Below are positions 11,700 through 24,600 of a stretch of 64,000 bases of DNA, piece by piece. The stretch is taken from positions 98,684,425-98,748,424 of the forward strand of contig JASCQW010000027.1 of NCBI GenBank assembly GCA_030264375.1, given 5' to 3'. A program made the translations under genes and the position numbers. This DNA is from Carcharhinus longimanus (taxonomy: Eukaryota). Under the pieces are notes generated by a model. The model had not been told where the DNA came from, made no database searches, and saw nothing but the letters and a program-made list of their open reading frames with translations. Every line of letters begins with the position of its first letter. Within the stretch, counting starts at the first letter, position 1.

Positions 11700-12500
11700 C
11701 CCAGTGTACTGGGAGATCTCCTGCCACCACCAGCCCCATCTCCACCCATGGACCTCAAAACCCCCTACATGCATGAGGATGTCAGGACCCCGTCTATGGA
11801 CTCAGGACCCCGCTCCCGCCCCCCCATGGACATCACAAGCCCCTCTGGCAAAGTTTCCTCCTCCCTTCCCATGGATCCCCCCTCCCCAGCAGAGNNNNNN
11901 NNNNNNNNNNNNNNNNNNNNNNNNNNNNNNNNNNNNNNNNNNNNNNNNNNNNNNNNNNNNNNNNNNNNNNNNNNNNNNNNNNNNNNNNNNNNNNGATCCC
12001 CCCTCCCCAGCAGAGTTCCCCCTTCCCCCCTGGTAATCACCCCCTCCTTCCAGCTGAGTTCCCCCTTGCCCCCTGTGGATTCTGCCTGGCAGAGTAATCC
12101 CCTTCTCCCCACCAATCACCCTCTGGCAGAGTTCCCCCTTCTCTCTTTGCCGATCACCCTGGTGGCAGAGTTCCTCTTGCTCCACCCCTGTGGATTGACT
12201 GCTGAGAGTGTTCCCCCTCCCCTCCTACCCTGGCAGAATTTTCGCCCTCTCACCCCTGCACAGCTCTTCACTTGTCTCCACCTCAGTTAAGGCTCCGCCC
12301 CACTCTGTCTCCACCCCACTCTGGCTCCATCCTGTTGGCACTGCCCTGGCATAATTATGGTTCCTAGTGGGCAGTGCTAGGGTGTCAGCAAGATTAGCAC
12401 TACCCATGGGCACTGTCCGGCTCTGCCCTAGACTAGACAGGGGGCTTCAATGGCCTCCAATCCCCCTGACAAGGCCATCATAAAAGTCGGGCAGGCTGAG
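11700..12500. repeat. C-rich degenerate tandem repeat (GGCAGAGTTCCCC units) next to a GC-rich dispersed repeat
   Basis: Recurrent (GG)CAGAGTT/AA units across 11888-12240. The GGCACTGCC/GGCAGTGC block recurs near 37600. Confidence 0.65.
11895..11994. other. Assembly gap (100 N)
   Basis: Run of N. Confidence 1.
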
Positions 12501-12519
12501 GTTGTAAGATTGCGTCTGT

Positions 12520-13030
12520 AGCATCGTAGAGTTTTACAGCATGGAAAGAAGCCCTTCATGTCCACACCAGTTATCAAGCACTTATCTTTTCTAATCCCAT
12601 TTTCCAGCAAATGGTCCGTAGCCTTGTATGCTATCGTATTTCAAGTGCTCATCTGAATACTTCTTAAATGTTGTGGGTATTGAGATAGGGAGTTCTGGAT
12701 TTCCACTACCCTCTAGGTGAAAAAAAAACTTTCCTCACCTGTCCTGTAAACCTCCTACCCTTTAACTTAAAACTGTGCCCCCTGGTTATTAATCCTTCTG
12801 CTAAGAAGAAATGTTCCTTCCTATTGACCCTATCTACACCCCTCATAATTCTATACACCTCAGTCAGTTCCCCCTCAGCCTTCTCCACGGAAATCAACCC
12901 CAGCCTTTCCAGTCTCTCTTGATAGCCGAAACACTCCAGCACAGGCAACATCCTGGTGAATCTCCTCTGCACCTTCTCTAGAGCAATCACACCTTTCCTA
13001 TAGTGTCAGAAATGCACGCAGTACAGATAT
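12520..13030 (-). mobile_element. CR1 LINE 3' fragment
   Basis: ORF reads IALEKVQRRFTRMLP..YQERLERLGL..TRGHSFKL, a CR1 ORF2 C-terminus. Confidence 0.9.
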
Positions 13031-14507
13031 TTCTGTAGTTAGGGAGGTAGTTGTTAGTCCTTAGGCAGAGGTAAGAATTTCAAGGCTAGGAAAGTTTCAT
13101 TTCATTCACACACGCGCATGTGTGTGTGTGTGTACACATTTGGCATTTTGAAGTGTGGCATCCATGTGCTAATGTGAGACTTCTGTAGATAATATATAAA
13201 TACCAAAGCTGAAGCCTCTGAGCCCCTTACAGTCCAGTTATTCTGACACTTTTGCGTTACTGTGAAGCCGTTCTGAGACATCTCTTGAGGAGGTTGTCCA
13301 ACAGCTCTTAGGCTTGACACTTCATAGTTTTTGGTTCTTATGTACTGCCAAACCAGATCTCAAAAGAACTCAGCAATATATTGAATCCTCTGGGCACTTC
13401 ATAAACTTAGTATAAATGTTTTGAGAAAGAAAATGCCCCTTCATAATATTAAAACATCAACATTTCTGGGCCAGTAATGGAACCTCAATTGGCTACCATA
13501 ACATGAGTCCAGCTAGGCAGGTTAAATTTGGGGTCACTGCTCGGTTTTGGAGTGAATGATCTTGTACTGATAGCACAGTATACCCTCAGATTTAACTGTT
13601 GCTGTACATTTTAACCATTTTCTCTTTCCCATTTATTTTTTATCATTAACCGTCATTAAATACATTTTTCTTGGGTTGAAGAAGCATAATTTTTGTTACT
13701 GGCTTGAATATATTTCACAGACCACATAAATTGCAAACTTTAGGTGTATTTTCTTGTATATATTTGCTGATGTGCATTTATACAACTTTGCATTAAATCA
13801 TGATACAATTAACAATTTCCAACTAAATTTGGAAAATAACATAGCTAAAATTTTCCTTTAAAGTATTAAGAATTTGCTGCCATTATTTTGTAATAATCAG
13901 AATTTTCTTACATTTAAAGTTCTGATTGACATTTGCAATTGTACTGATTGATGTCAATCATTGGGCACAAACTGACTTGTGTCTGGCACATGCTTGTAGA
14001 GATAACATTTATATTCAATATTAGGGCCAAACATTTGGAGTGACTTTTACTTCTGAAGTTGTCACATCACATCAGGCCAAACCAGCCAACTGTGACTAAG
14101 GCCAGTTAATCCCAGTAAAAGGATTACAGGGTTTTAGTACAATATACAGCAGAGTATTTCTAAGCAAGCTATAGAAGAGATTGTTAGGAGTCTCTTAGGT
14201 TCCAACAGATGAAACACTAATGTCATAGCCTTCAGCGAAGCAATGATTGTATGAAACCACAAAATACTATCACCTTTGATGATGAAAGTTTGTAACAATG
14301 TAGAAAGGAGACATTTGTTACCCATTTGTTGCTTTCAGGAAGAGGTATGTAGAGGAGATTTTGTTACTGACTCTGAATCAGCAAGGGATAGAAGAAACAG
14401 ATGTTTTGTTGCTAAAGTTGCTACTATTGTAATTCCACTAGAAATAATCCCACAATATAAAATATAGTTAAAAATAACTTGACTTAAATAAGTTCACCAG
14501 CAGAGGA

Positions 14508-14793
14508 TGATACAGTGCAGAAGGAGACCATTTGACCTATCTTCCTGCACCAACTCACCAAAACAACATCTTATCCAGTCCCTCCCCTCCCCCCTCCCCG
14601 GCCCCCCCCCCCCCCCCCGCCCCTCCTGCCGTGCCCATAACCCTGCAAATTTTCCATGGCTAATCGATCTAACCTACTCACCTTTGGATGCCAAGAGACA
14701 CTTTAGCATAGAAAATCTGCTTAACCTGCACATCTTTGGACTGTGGAAGAAAAGCCATGCAGACATGGGGAGAATGTGCGACCTCCACACAGA
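14508..14793 (-). mobile_element. HE1-type SINE, partial, with expanded poly-C
   Basis: ACAGTGCAGAAGGAG tail, V core, and C-run at about 14580-14625. Confidence 0.8.
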
Positions 14794-15481
14794 AAATGGG
14801 GAGAATAAAATATCAGACATGAAATGTTCAAGAAGCCGCAACAGACTTTTTTCATGTGTGTCAGGATTTCTTTATTATATTTCCTTCCACCTTTACAATT
14901 TCTCCTGCATACTTCCCAGTGCAAAGTGAAGAAGTAATGGGGCTACATTCATACTTTCCTTGATGGCTTGTCATGAGTACCGAAGAGTTTTAGTTTAAAT
15001 GAAAGGACATACAGTCAGTAAATTATTATTTACGGTTATGTTCCTTTCCTTTTTTAATACTGATTCTTTGTTGGTTCACTTTCTTCTTGGGATTTTGCTC
15101 CTTCTTTCTCCTGCTGTGGTAAATTTCATTCAACACATCACCACTAATATGTCAAGTATGGAGATCATTGACATGGATGCTGTTTATTATAGAGATGGAA
15201 GCACACTAGCAATGATACCTATCCTCCTTTCTTTACACATACAGACAGACATGGATATGTCTTTGTGCTTAAAGCATTGACTAATTCAATCTAATGTTTT
15301 GTTTCAATAACAGTATCAACAGAAATTAAGTGACGTGAAAAGAGAAGCATCCAGTTCTTCTAACTTACGTTCTGCTTTTGAAATTGTTTGTACTTTAATG
15401 CAACTTGCCATTTTCAGTATGCTAATTGAAATAATTTGTCTAAATTTTAATCTCTAGGTTTGTTAAAGGCAGTTGGTCACC

Positions 15482-15603
15482 ATGGCAACTACGATACTAC
15501 CATTTTACCAAAGGAAACATAAGCACTATGGCTATGATTACCGCAGCCTTGACAGTCGATCACTTGTCAAGAAGTACACCAGCAAAAGCAGCTCCACCAA
15601 AAG
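15482..15603 (+). CDS. MYOM2: MYOM2 exon 2, start codon (exon begins 15458): MATTILPFYQRKHKHYGYDYRSLDSRSLVKKYTSKSSSTK
   Basis: Acceptor tctctag|, Kozak GTCACCATGG, myomesin N-terminal motif PFYQR.H.H, donor AG|GTGAGG. Confidence 0.93.
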
Positions 15604-18600
15604 GTGAGGAACGTGCTTCCATCATCTCACTTGCACTATACAAAGTAATGGAAAATGAGTTGGGCAGTCGCAAAGCTGTCGATGAACTTGTAGAATTATT
15701 TTGTGAGGATTACAGTTCCAACCTGGCAGCTGCCAATCATTGGGAAAGCTCACTCAATATAAATGAATTCCTTCACATATTTGATTTTAATTTACTCTGG
15801 ATTTTTTTTAAAAATAATTGACTTCTGTCCCTATTATCGTAACTTAGTCACCCTATATATCATATACTGTGATGATTCTGCCTCCTCTCCGTTAGGAATT
15901 TGGGATTGTTACTATTTCCTCAGAACTCAACATCCCTACACATGGAATCGTGTATTGATCAGTATTTCTCAGCTCATTCTCCAGTAATTACTAATCCCTT
16001 TCACAGCATGAGGTAGCTGCAGTTTTCATTTGTAACTTTCTTTCAAGTAAAGTAAATGATTTACAGACACATTTGATTAGGTATCACAATGCCATTAATG
16101 TCAATAATCACCTAATTGTACATTTTGTTCCCAGTTTATCACAGCACATTATATGTATTGTATGTCAGCCAGCCAACAATTGTGTAAGAATAGCAGGACA
16201 GAGCATTAGATGTGTCACAGTATAAGAGTGTATGAGATATTAAAAACCTTGAGTATTGCTTGGATATTTTTGAGGGAGTCATTAACATAATACATAGAGA
16301 TATCATTTCCCCCGGTCTTCAAGAAGGCATTTGACAAATTTCTACACAAAAGAATGTTCACACAAATGAGAGCACAGTGAATTGGAGGCAACCTATTAGC
16401 ATGAGTAGAGAACTGCTTAGGAAGTAGGGGGTGGGATGCAGGGATAATGGGTATGTATTGCAGTTGGGTAGGATGTAATTGGTGGGGTCCCCCTGGAATC
16501 TATATTGGAATCTTGGCTTTTTGCTGTGTTTCTAAATGACTAAGATGAAAGAATAGAGAACTGTATCATGTAGTTTCCTGGGGACACTTAGTTAGGTGGC
16601 ACAGTAAACAGTGTAGATGAGAGCAGAAGTTTGGAAAAGGATTCTGATTATATCAGTGGACAAAAAGTGACAGATAACATTCTGCCATTTTGGTCCTCTG
16701 GAAGGTACATCAGGGCACTTTCTAAATGATGAGAATTTAGAAACTGGAGGACCAAAGAGATTTAAGAGTGCATGTACAGAAATCACTGAAAGCTAACTGT
16801 CAGCTAACTGACAGGTATTTATCTCAAGAAGCTTGAATATAAAGGAGAAGAAATTGGTTTAGTGTATATTAAGCACTAGTTAGATCCTATATTAAGTATT
16901 GTGTTCAGTTCTCTGCACTACACCTTTGCAAAGATATATTAACCTTGGAATGAATGGCGTACAGATTCACCAGAAGGATACTGTGGCAAAAAGGATTCAA
17001 TTATGTGGGAAGGTCGCAAGACTAGGTTTGTATTCCTTGGGGTACAGAAGCTTAAGAGGTAATCTAATTGAGGTGTTCAAGGTGATGAAAGGATTTAACA
17101 GAATGGATGGCGAGAAACTATTTCTTCCTTCAGATAGTCCAGAACCAGGGGATTTAATCTTAAAATTGCAGCTAAACTGGATGATGTCAGAAATAATTTC
17201 TCAACAAAGAGCAATCTGTTAAAAGCTCTCCCAAAGAGCTTTAGAAGCAATGTCAATTCAAGAAAAATCAGAACTATTTGATTTTTTGCTAAACAAGTAT
17301 TTTGATGGATATGGAACAAAGGAAGTTTATATAGAGTCAAAAAACAGATCAGCCATGATTTAATTGGAAAGAAATGGCACAGATTTGAAGACTGAGTGGC
17401 CTCCAGTTGTTCTTCTGTTCAGATATGTTAATTATAATGCCGAAGTTAAGTATTTATAGGTGGGAGACATTGACTGATAAATGATCTTGAGCACATACAA
17501 AGAAAGATTTTTCCCAGGAACATCATTTTAATTTAATTAGCTAAATTTCCTTTTACGGTTGTATTTTTGTTACAGAGCTTCAATAGAGTCTGTCACTCCT
17601 TTTATCAGTTAGTTTTTTTGATATTCATTTTCAAAATGAATGCATAAAGAAAAACTGCATTATCAGTGGGCATCGCAAAGGACTGGAGTGCATCACCAGG
17701 CCCAGAAATAAAGTTTTAATTTAGTTTGCTAACTTTCCTTTGAACGTTTTGTTTTTTTGTTATAGTACCTCTTTTAAGGACTTTCAGTTACTTTAGTAGC
17801 TGATATTATTTTTTTTTCCACAAAAGAGCCGCACAGAAAAATAACCCCCACCCCTCCAAGAGTCTGCGTTGTTCTGGCAACCTATGCTTTTGCATGCATG
17901 TTGCAATCCAGAGCCGTGAATGGTGATGACAGAGATTCCAATTTTCTTTTCATTATATGGCTGATCAGAATCTCTCCAACTCTTATCATCTGTCATTTGT
18001 ACTACCTGTTTGACCGTGATATGAAATCACCTTCCTTAACTATCAGCTCCCAAAGTGGGACTTGAACCAGAGCTTCCAGTTCAGAGGCAGGGAGATTACC
18101 CATTGTACCATACAACATCCCATGGAACCCCCTCATAATGCCACTTATTGATCTATCAGTGTGCAATAACACAGAGTACCAGAACATAGGTTCCTGCTTA
18201 TCCTTCTCCACATAAAATGACCAGTCTCTGTTCCAAAATCAACTTTTCTTCAAGGGGAGGAAAACCTATGGACATCACTCTTAGAGACCCTGCTTTTGTC
18301 AGAAGCCATTGAAATCCATGGGAAGAAAATGAGATGTGATGTGTTCCACCAACCATCATCCAGAAGTTGAACATAAAAATCATCCTCAATATTCTCTAAA
18401 TGACCTGATGTGGGCATCTCAGAGCAATGGATTACGTACGACGTTCTAAAGCTGCAATTTGTATTTATTGTATTAAGTCTCAGCAGGTAGTATTACAATT
18501 AGCAATTAGTAAATACAATTTTGGAATAGAAGGCATTTAAACTGTGAGCAAATAGAGCATAAGCACAAGGATGGGCAGGAAGAGATCTATTTGTTCACCC

Positions 18601-21600
18601 ATTTGGTTCCACACATTGGCAATGTCTTGTGCATCCCAAATTACTTACACCTCCACCCCCACCCAAAGCTACATCATCTCCAGGGAAAACCTCTTCAGTG
18701 ATTGTAACTTGTCAAGATGTCACTTTGGACTTGATTAAGGCCCATAGATATCATCACCTTCTGCCATTTTTTTCCTTAAAAATGGAACTTGCAACAAGAT
18801 ACTTTGTAGTTCCTTAAGGACTCAGAATTGTCGAAGAATTTCTCTTCCTAATTCTCTCCCTAATGCTTGTCCAAAATCTGGTTTCTCACCTTGCCCAGGA
18901 GATTTTGGTAAGGGTAGAGAGAGTACACATTGTGTGTGCAAGGTGCCACGAATTGTGTGGGGCAGGCCGGACGGACCAGAGGCTCTTTTCCTGTCTTTTA
19001 TTGTCCACCTGTTCATACGGTATTCCAATCAGGCACAGGTTCTTTCTTTTTATCCCGATGAACATCCAATGCTTTGGAAAGTTGCCTTACTTGCATCTAT
19101 TAAAGTGATCTAGTCCGGTAAAAAGTATCGGATGTTCTCAGAGACAGGATTTTATTAGCAACTGCACTGCTGGAATTGCAGTTGGCTGTGCAGCTGTCCT
19201 GGGAGGGTCCATGAACTGCTACATGTGCTGGAGACTTTCTCAGCTGTTCTTGACACCCATCTTTAATTTGAAGCTTCATTCCATAACAGCGTAGCTCTTC
19301 AAGATTTATTAATTGCAGTAATCTCTGATTTTCATCTAAAATGAACTTAGAAAACTTAGAAAAACTTAAATAACTTAGAAAAAAAAATTCCAGTTTGCAT
19401 CTGATGCTTTGAGGCTTCTTACCATGTCAATTGGTACAATAATACTTGAGGCACAGGAATTGAGTATGGTACAAACATGAATTGAATTGAATTGTATTTT
19501 TCTGGTAGTGCAAGACTGATGTAAGCCAGAAAAAAAACATAAGAATCAGTAGAACATTTGTGTACTAGATTTTAACATCTGAATTGCAAAGTGCAGCGAT
19601 ACATCTCCATCTTGTACAAATTGAGTAATGTTTAATTCTGAATAATTTATACATAGGAAAGAAGGATGAATTACATCGCTGTCATCTGATATGGGGGTTT
19701 TCACTGATCTTCATGTAGTACTCAAACTTCACATTCATAATTTACCAGATCAATGGAATCCATTAGTAATCCCCTTAATTTTGTACTTTTCTCTCACAAA
19801 AAAAAGTAGGAAACAAGAGAACAGGTATGTAAGTGTCCCTTGTACTCTCTTAGTTCCAGGATTTGTGTGGTAAACACAAAGCTTGAGATACTTCACAACA
19901 GTGTTCACAAACAACTACATGACTTGGGATTTCATTTCTATTATCATATATTGTCAGCATAAGGTCCAAATCCAATGAAGTAATATGAATATTAAATTAT
20001 AGATTCATTTAAGGGAAAGCTGGGGAAGTACATATCAAAGAATGGAATAGAAGGCTATATTTCTAAGGTAAGGTGAAGTAAGGTGGGAGATGGTATGTAT
20101 GGAGTTTAGAGCTGTGGAATAATCTGATTTTGTGCTGTAAATAGCACCTGTATGACATAAAAATGGCTCAGCACATCATGAATGAGCTCGATGTTCCTTT
20201 GAACAACATATAGATTGTTCAGTAATTGTTTCACTTGTCTAATGTTGAATGTGCAATTTCTAATAGGATATTGTCTTAGAAGAGATGGAGAAAAGTGATA
20301 GAGATGTTTTTGGAAACCAGGGGTTTGAATTATTTGGAGATTCACAGAGTCAAACTTGGTTTCATTGGAGTCCAATTTGATTTTTTGTTCTGTTTTGCTT
20401 TGCCTACTTTCTTGCTGTATTCATGTGATCAATGGAGGAAAACTGTGATTCAGGAATGAGAGATGAAAGGAGTGGAAGGAAGTTTTCTTGGCTTTTCTTT
20501 GTGTCCTGCAGAAGTGAACATCTTGGATCACTGCATTCCTGTCTATGGCATTTAAATAACAGTAAGCAGGCACGCTTTCTACAGTGCCTTTTATGCGGTA
20601 CTTATTTTCTTTTCATACCACCCTGTGGTACAGAATGTTTTAGGATAGAGACATTGAGGGGGACCAGAGGTATTCCCTACCCGAAGATCATAGAGACCGA
20701 ATAATGAAGTTTTTTGTTATTAGTTGATTTCAACTTTTGTAAAAATTGAAACTTCAAAAAAGATTTGTAAGCAATCCTTTAAATTTCTTTCAAATTTCTA
20801 GAAGTACATCCAAGGGCTTCTAAATTATTTTCAAGCCTTAAGATTGTCAATCAAAAGGCATTCAATACTTATATATAGGATAGAAGGAGCCCATGGTTTT
20901 GAGGGTTACATTTTAGCATGGATAGAGGATTGGCTAACTGATGGAAGACAGAGAAGGGATGAGAGGGGCATTTTTATAATGGCAATCTGTAACTAGTGGA
21001 GTGTCACAGGAATTATGTCTGAGGCCACAATTATTTACAATGTTTACTAATGACTTGGACAAAGTAAGTGAATGTAATATTGTCAAGTTTACAGATGACA
21101 CAAAGATATGTAGGAAGGAAATTGGTGAGGATGACACAGAGATGTAGCTTAAGTGAATGGTTAAAAACTTGGTAGGTAGAACATAAAGAAGGAAATTATG
21201 AAGTTATGCAATTTGATAGGAAAAATAAAGAAGCTGAATGTTATTTAAATTGCGGAAGACTGCAGAAGGCTGAAGCATGAAGGGATTTTGGGGTCCTCAT
21301 ACAAAACTCACAAAAAGCTAGCATGACGTTCAGCAGGTAATAGAAAAAGCATGTTTAATGTTGGCCATCATTTCAAATGGAATGGAAAAGTTTTGTTCCC
21401 CTTATCTAAGGAAAGATAAATTGGCATTAGAGATTGTCCAGAGAAGGTTCACTAGGTTGATCCCAGATATGGAAAGATTTTCTTATGAATATAGGTTGAG
21501 TCGATTGGACCTATAGTCAGTGGAGTTCAGAAAAATGGAAGCCATTGAGACATTTAGGATCCTTAGAGGGTTTGACAGGATTGATGTTGAGAGGTTGTTT

Positions 21601-24600
21601 CCCCTTGTGGGAGAATCTAGAACCAGAGGGCACAATCTCAAATTAAGGGGTCACACATTTAAGGCAGAGATGAGGAAGAATTTTTTCTCTCAGAGGATAG
21701 TGAATCTGTGGAATTCTTTTCCACAGAGAGCTGAAGAGACAGGTCATTGTGTTCGTTGAAAGTTGAGATAGACAGATTTTTAATCAGTAAGGAAATCGAT
21801 GGTTATGGGGATAAGAAGAGAAATTGGAGCTAACCATTACCATTACAGATCAGTCATGATCTCATTAAATGATGGAATAGATTTGATGGGCCGAATACTG
21901 CTCCTACATCTTATGGTCTTATGGTCTAACAGGAAGCCCACTGCAGCGATGCCGAACTGAACAGGCACCATTAGCGAGCTCTAACCTTGGCAACCCATGC
22001 TAACTTGTGTGTAGGTGAGCTGTGTAGTATTAGAGTGAAAATTTTAAAGTGTGGCACTGAAGAAATAGCACCATCTACACGATGATAGAAAAAAAAGATC
22101 ACATGATGAAGCGTCTTGATGGAGAAAGCTCACAGCTTGAACTGAGTAATACCTTGTCTTGTATACCTGTAAATAATTTCATCCAATAAACAGTTATTGT
22201 TCAAACATATCAATGTCTCTGCATTTTCCTTAGCCAGTCAAAATCAACATACAGCATGGCGGCAGCAGTGAAGGACCTCAAAATCTCTGAAAATAAAATC
22301 ACCTTTCAAGAAATTTTGCAAGCTTGACTTGAAAAAAGATGTCGCTAAGACAGTTGAAAATCCCAAAAATGGCTCCATTGAAGATGGAAGGCAGAGAAGC
22401 AAATCAAATGTTCAGTTATTAAGGACTGAACCAGAGCACGTGGTAGTCCTTGAAAATTCCCAATCCAGCAGCAGAGTCAAAGAACCTGGCGACGATCAAG
22501 GAAGAGTGAGGAAATCTTTTCAAATGTTTAAAAGATTCAGTTTGACTTTGGAATAAAAGCTGTCAGTGTCAAAATGCCTCACATTTACAAGCAGTGCTCT
22601 GCAAGTACTGCAGAATGCTTTCCTTGTAAAATGTTGGGTCACTTTGGAAATATGTGCATAGCTAAAACTTCTAGACACACCAAGGATCACGAATGAATCT
22701 TTGCATGCAAAGCCATCAATGACGTAGAGAATCTTACAAAAAGAGGATCAACAATTCTTCCTAGATGAGATCAGAAATCCAAGATATACTTTCTGGAACG
22801 TGAACATTTGTGTCAATGGAAACATCACTAATTTCATATCGGATACAGAACAAAGTGCCACAATGCTGTCCAATAAAGAACACTGCCTAGCAAACTTATG
22901 GCTGATGTCAGTTGAAAACCTGTTGTATGGTCCAGGAGGGATCAAATAACCAGTTGTAGGCATGTTGCAAACAATGTTGTAATACAAGAACAAATAGATG
23001 TTGGAAATATTGTATGTTATTCGCAGTCATGAATTTTCTGTTCTGAGCCAATCTGAATGTTATCAAGATAACAGAGGATGTAAATGAACTGATAGCTGTC
23101 AATTATGCCAAATTAGAGCCCCTCAAATCATTCACATTATCTGATGAAGTTGATTGGGACATCGGTACTTATTTTCTGACACTCTTTCGAGGCCAATAAT
23201 CCAACCTTTTTTCAAGATGATGTCCTGGACACAGAGAGTAAACACGTTCTTACTGAAGTGGTAACAAACCAATTGGCCCAAGGAATACCTGACCATGATC
23301 CTTCATCATTCAGCAGAGAAGGTGGAAGGCGACAGAACATACTTGTACAATACCACTTTCATCTGGCAGCGGTGATCCCTTGGTAAGTGCATCCACACCT
23401 ATCCATCCACCAAATGTAGTCGCCCAGGGTGCAAGCAATCAGATAAGTCCAGACCTAGATACAGAACTGAGCCAGGCAATGTTCTCCTGTACCATATGGG
23501 GGGACACCTAACTTTCTGTTACAGCGGGTTACTGGAATTTGAGGGACAGCAACATATTGATCAAGTGCCTTCCTCACAGTTTACTGTCCTGCCTAAACAA
23601 TTAGTTCAAGATGCAGCAATCCAAGATTCCCCAAGGCTTCACAAACCAGAGGCTACAAGGAATCATCACTCCAGAGGTAAAGAAAGGCTGATGAAAGCAT
23701 CATAAAGAACTAAGGTCAGTTCACCACAAGCAGGAAATATAGTAAAACAATAGCAAGGAGAGGAAGAAGATCAAGCCTAGATCCAAAGAGAATCTTCCAT
23801 GATATCTTTGGGAGAGCTAGATGTGGGAAGTCAGACTGATACCAGATACCTTAACTCTTATTGAAGATCAATCAAGTTGAAGCAAAGAAGTCCAGAGGAA
23901 GACTACCAATTTTATAAACCTTACAAGGACACGAGGAGCCAGAGACATGAATCCTTGAGACTGATTAAACCTATGAAGTCAGAGACTTAGGGGAAGAAGG
24001 TGTAGTATGTAAATATAAATGTAAAATATATGTGAACAAAGACTTAGGGGTGGGGGCAGATGGTGAGATGGAGCATCAATTTGTTCAAAGTTGAAACAAT
24101 TAACGTGTGGAACTGGAGAAACTACCACCCACATGACGATGTAACAGAGAATCACGTGACTAGAAAGAGAAAACTCTGACTTAGACTGAGTGATATCAAG
24201 TCTTGTTTATTGGTAAATAATTATGTTCATCCAGTTTTATTGTTTAGGAATATTAGTGTCTCTGCAACCTTCTTTAGCAAGTCAAAACCAACACACAACA
24301 TACTGTGAGCTTGGCAAGGCTATGTTTCCCTCATGAAGAAATATTTGAGCAGGAACAGCTGCAGGCGTAGCTCATAAGGGAGACCTTCAGAGGAGCAAGA
24401 TCTGAAGCCACCGCCAAATGGGTCTTGCTTACTGGCAACAAATTCAGTTCAGCTACTGGCTGATGTAAATCTGTTCTACACAATTCCCAAGATTCCAAAA
24501 GAAGGTCATTCTGCTGTTGCTTCACAGATATATTCCACTGCCTGCCACCTCCCTTCACTGAAATCATTCCATTCCTATTCCATCGATGACCAAAGCAGCT

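Noticed and set aside
11688-12290. 200-aa proline-rich ORF and overlapping ORFs
   Set aside because: They run through the 100-N gap and a C-rich low-complexity repeat, with no domain or splice support.
13188-13330. GATA plus TATATAAATA as an alternative promoter in intron 1
   Set aside because: No convincing downstream splice donor, so it cannot be supported from sequence alone.
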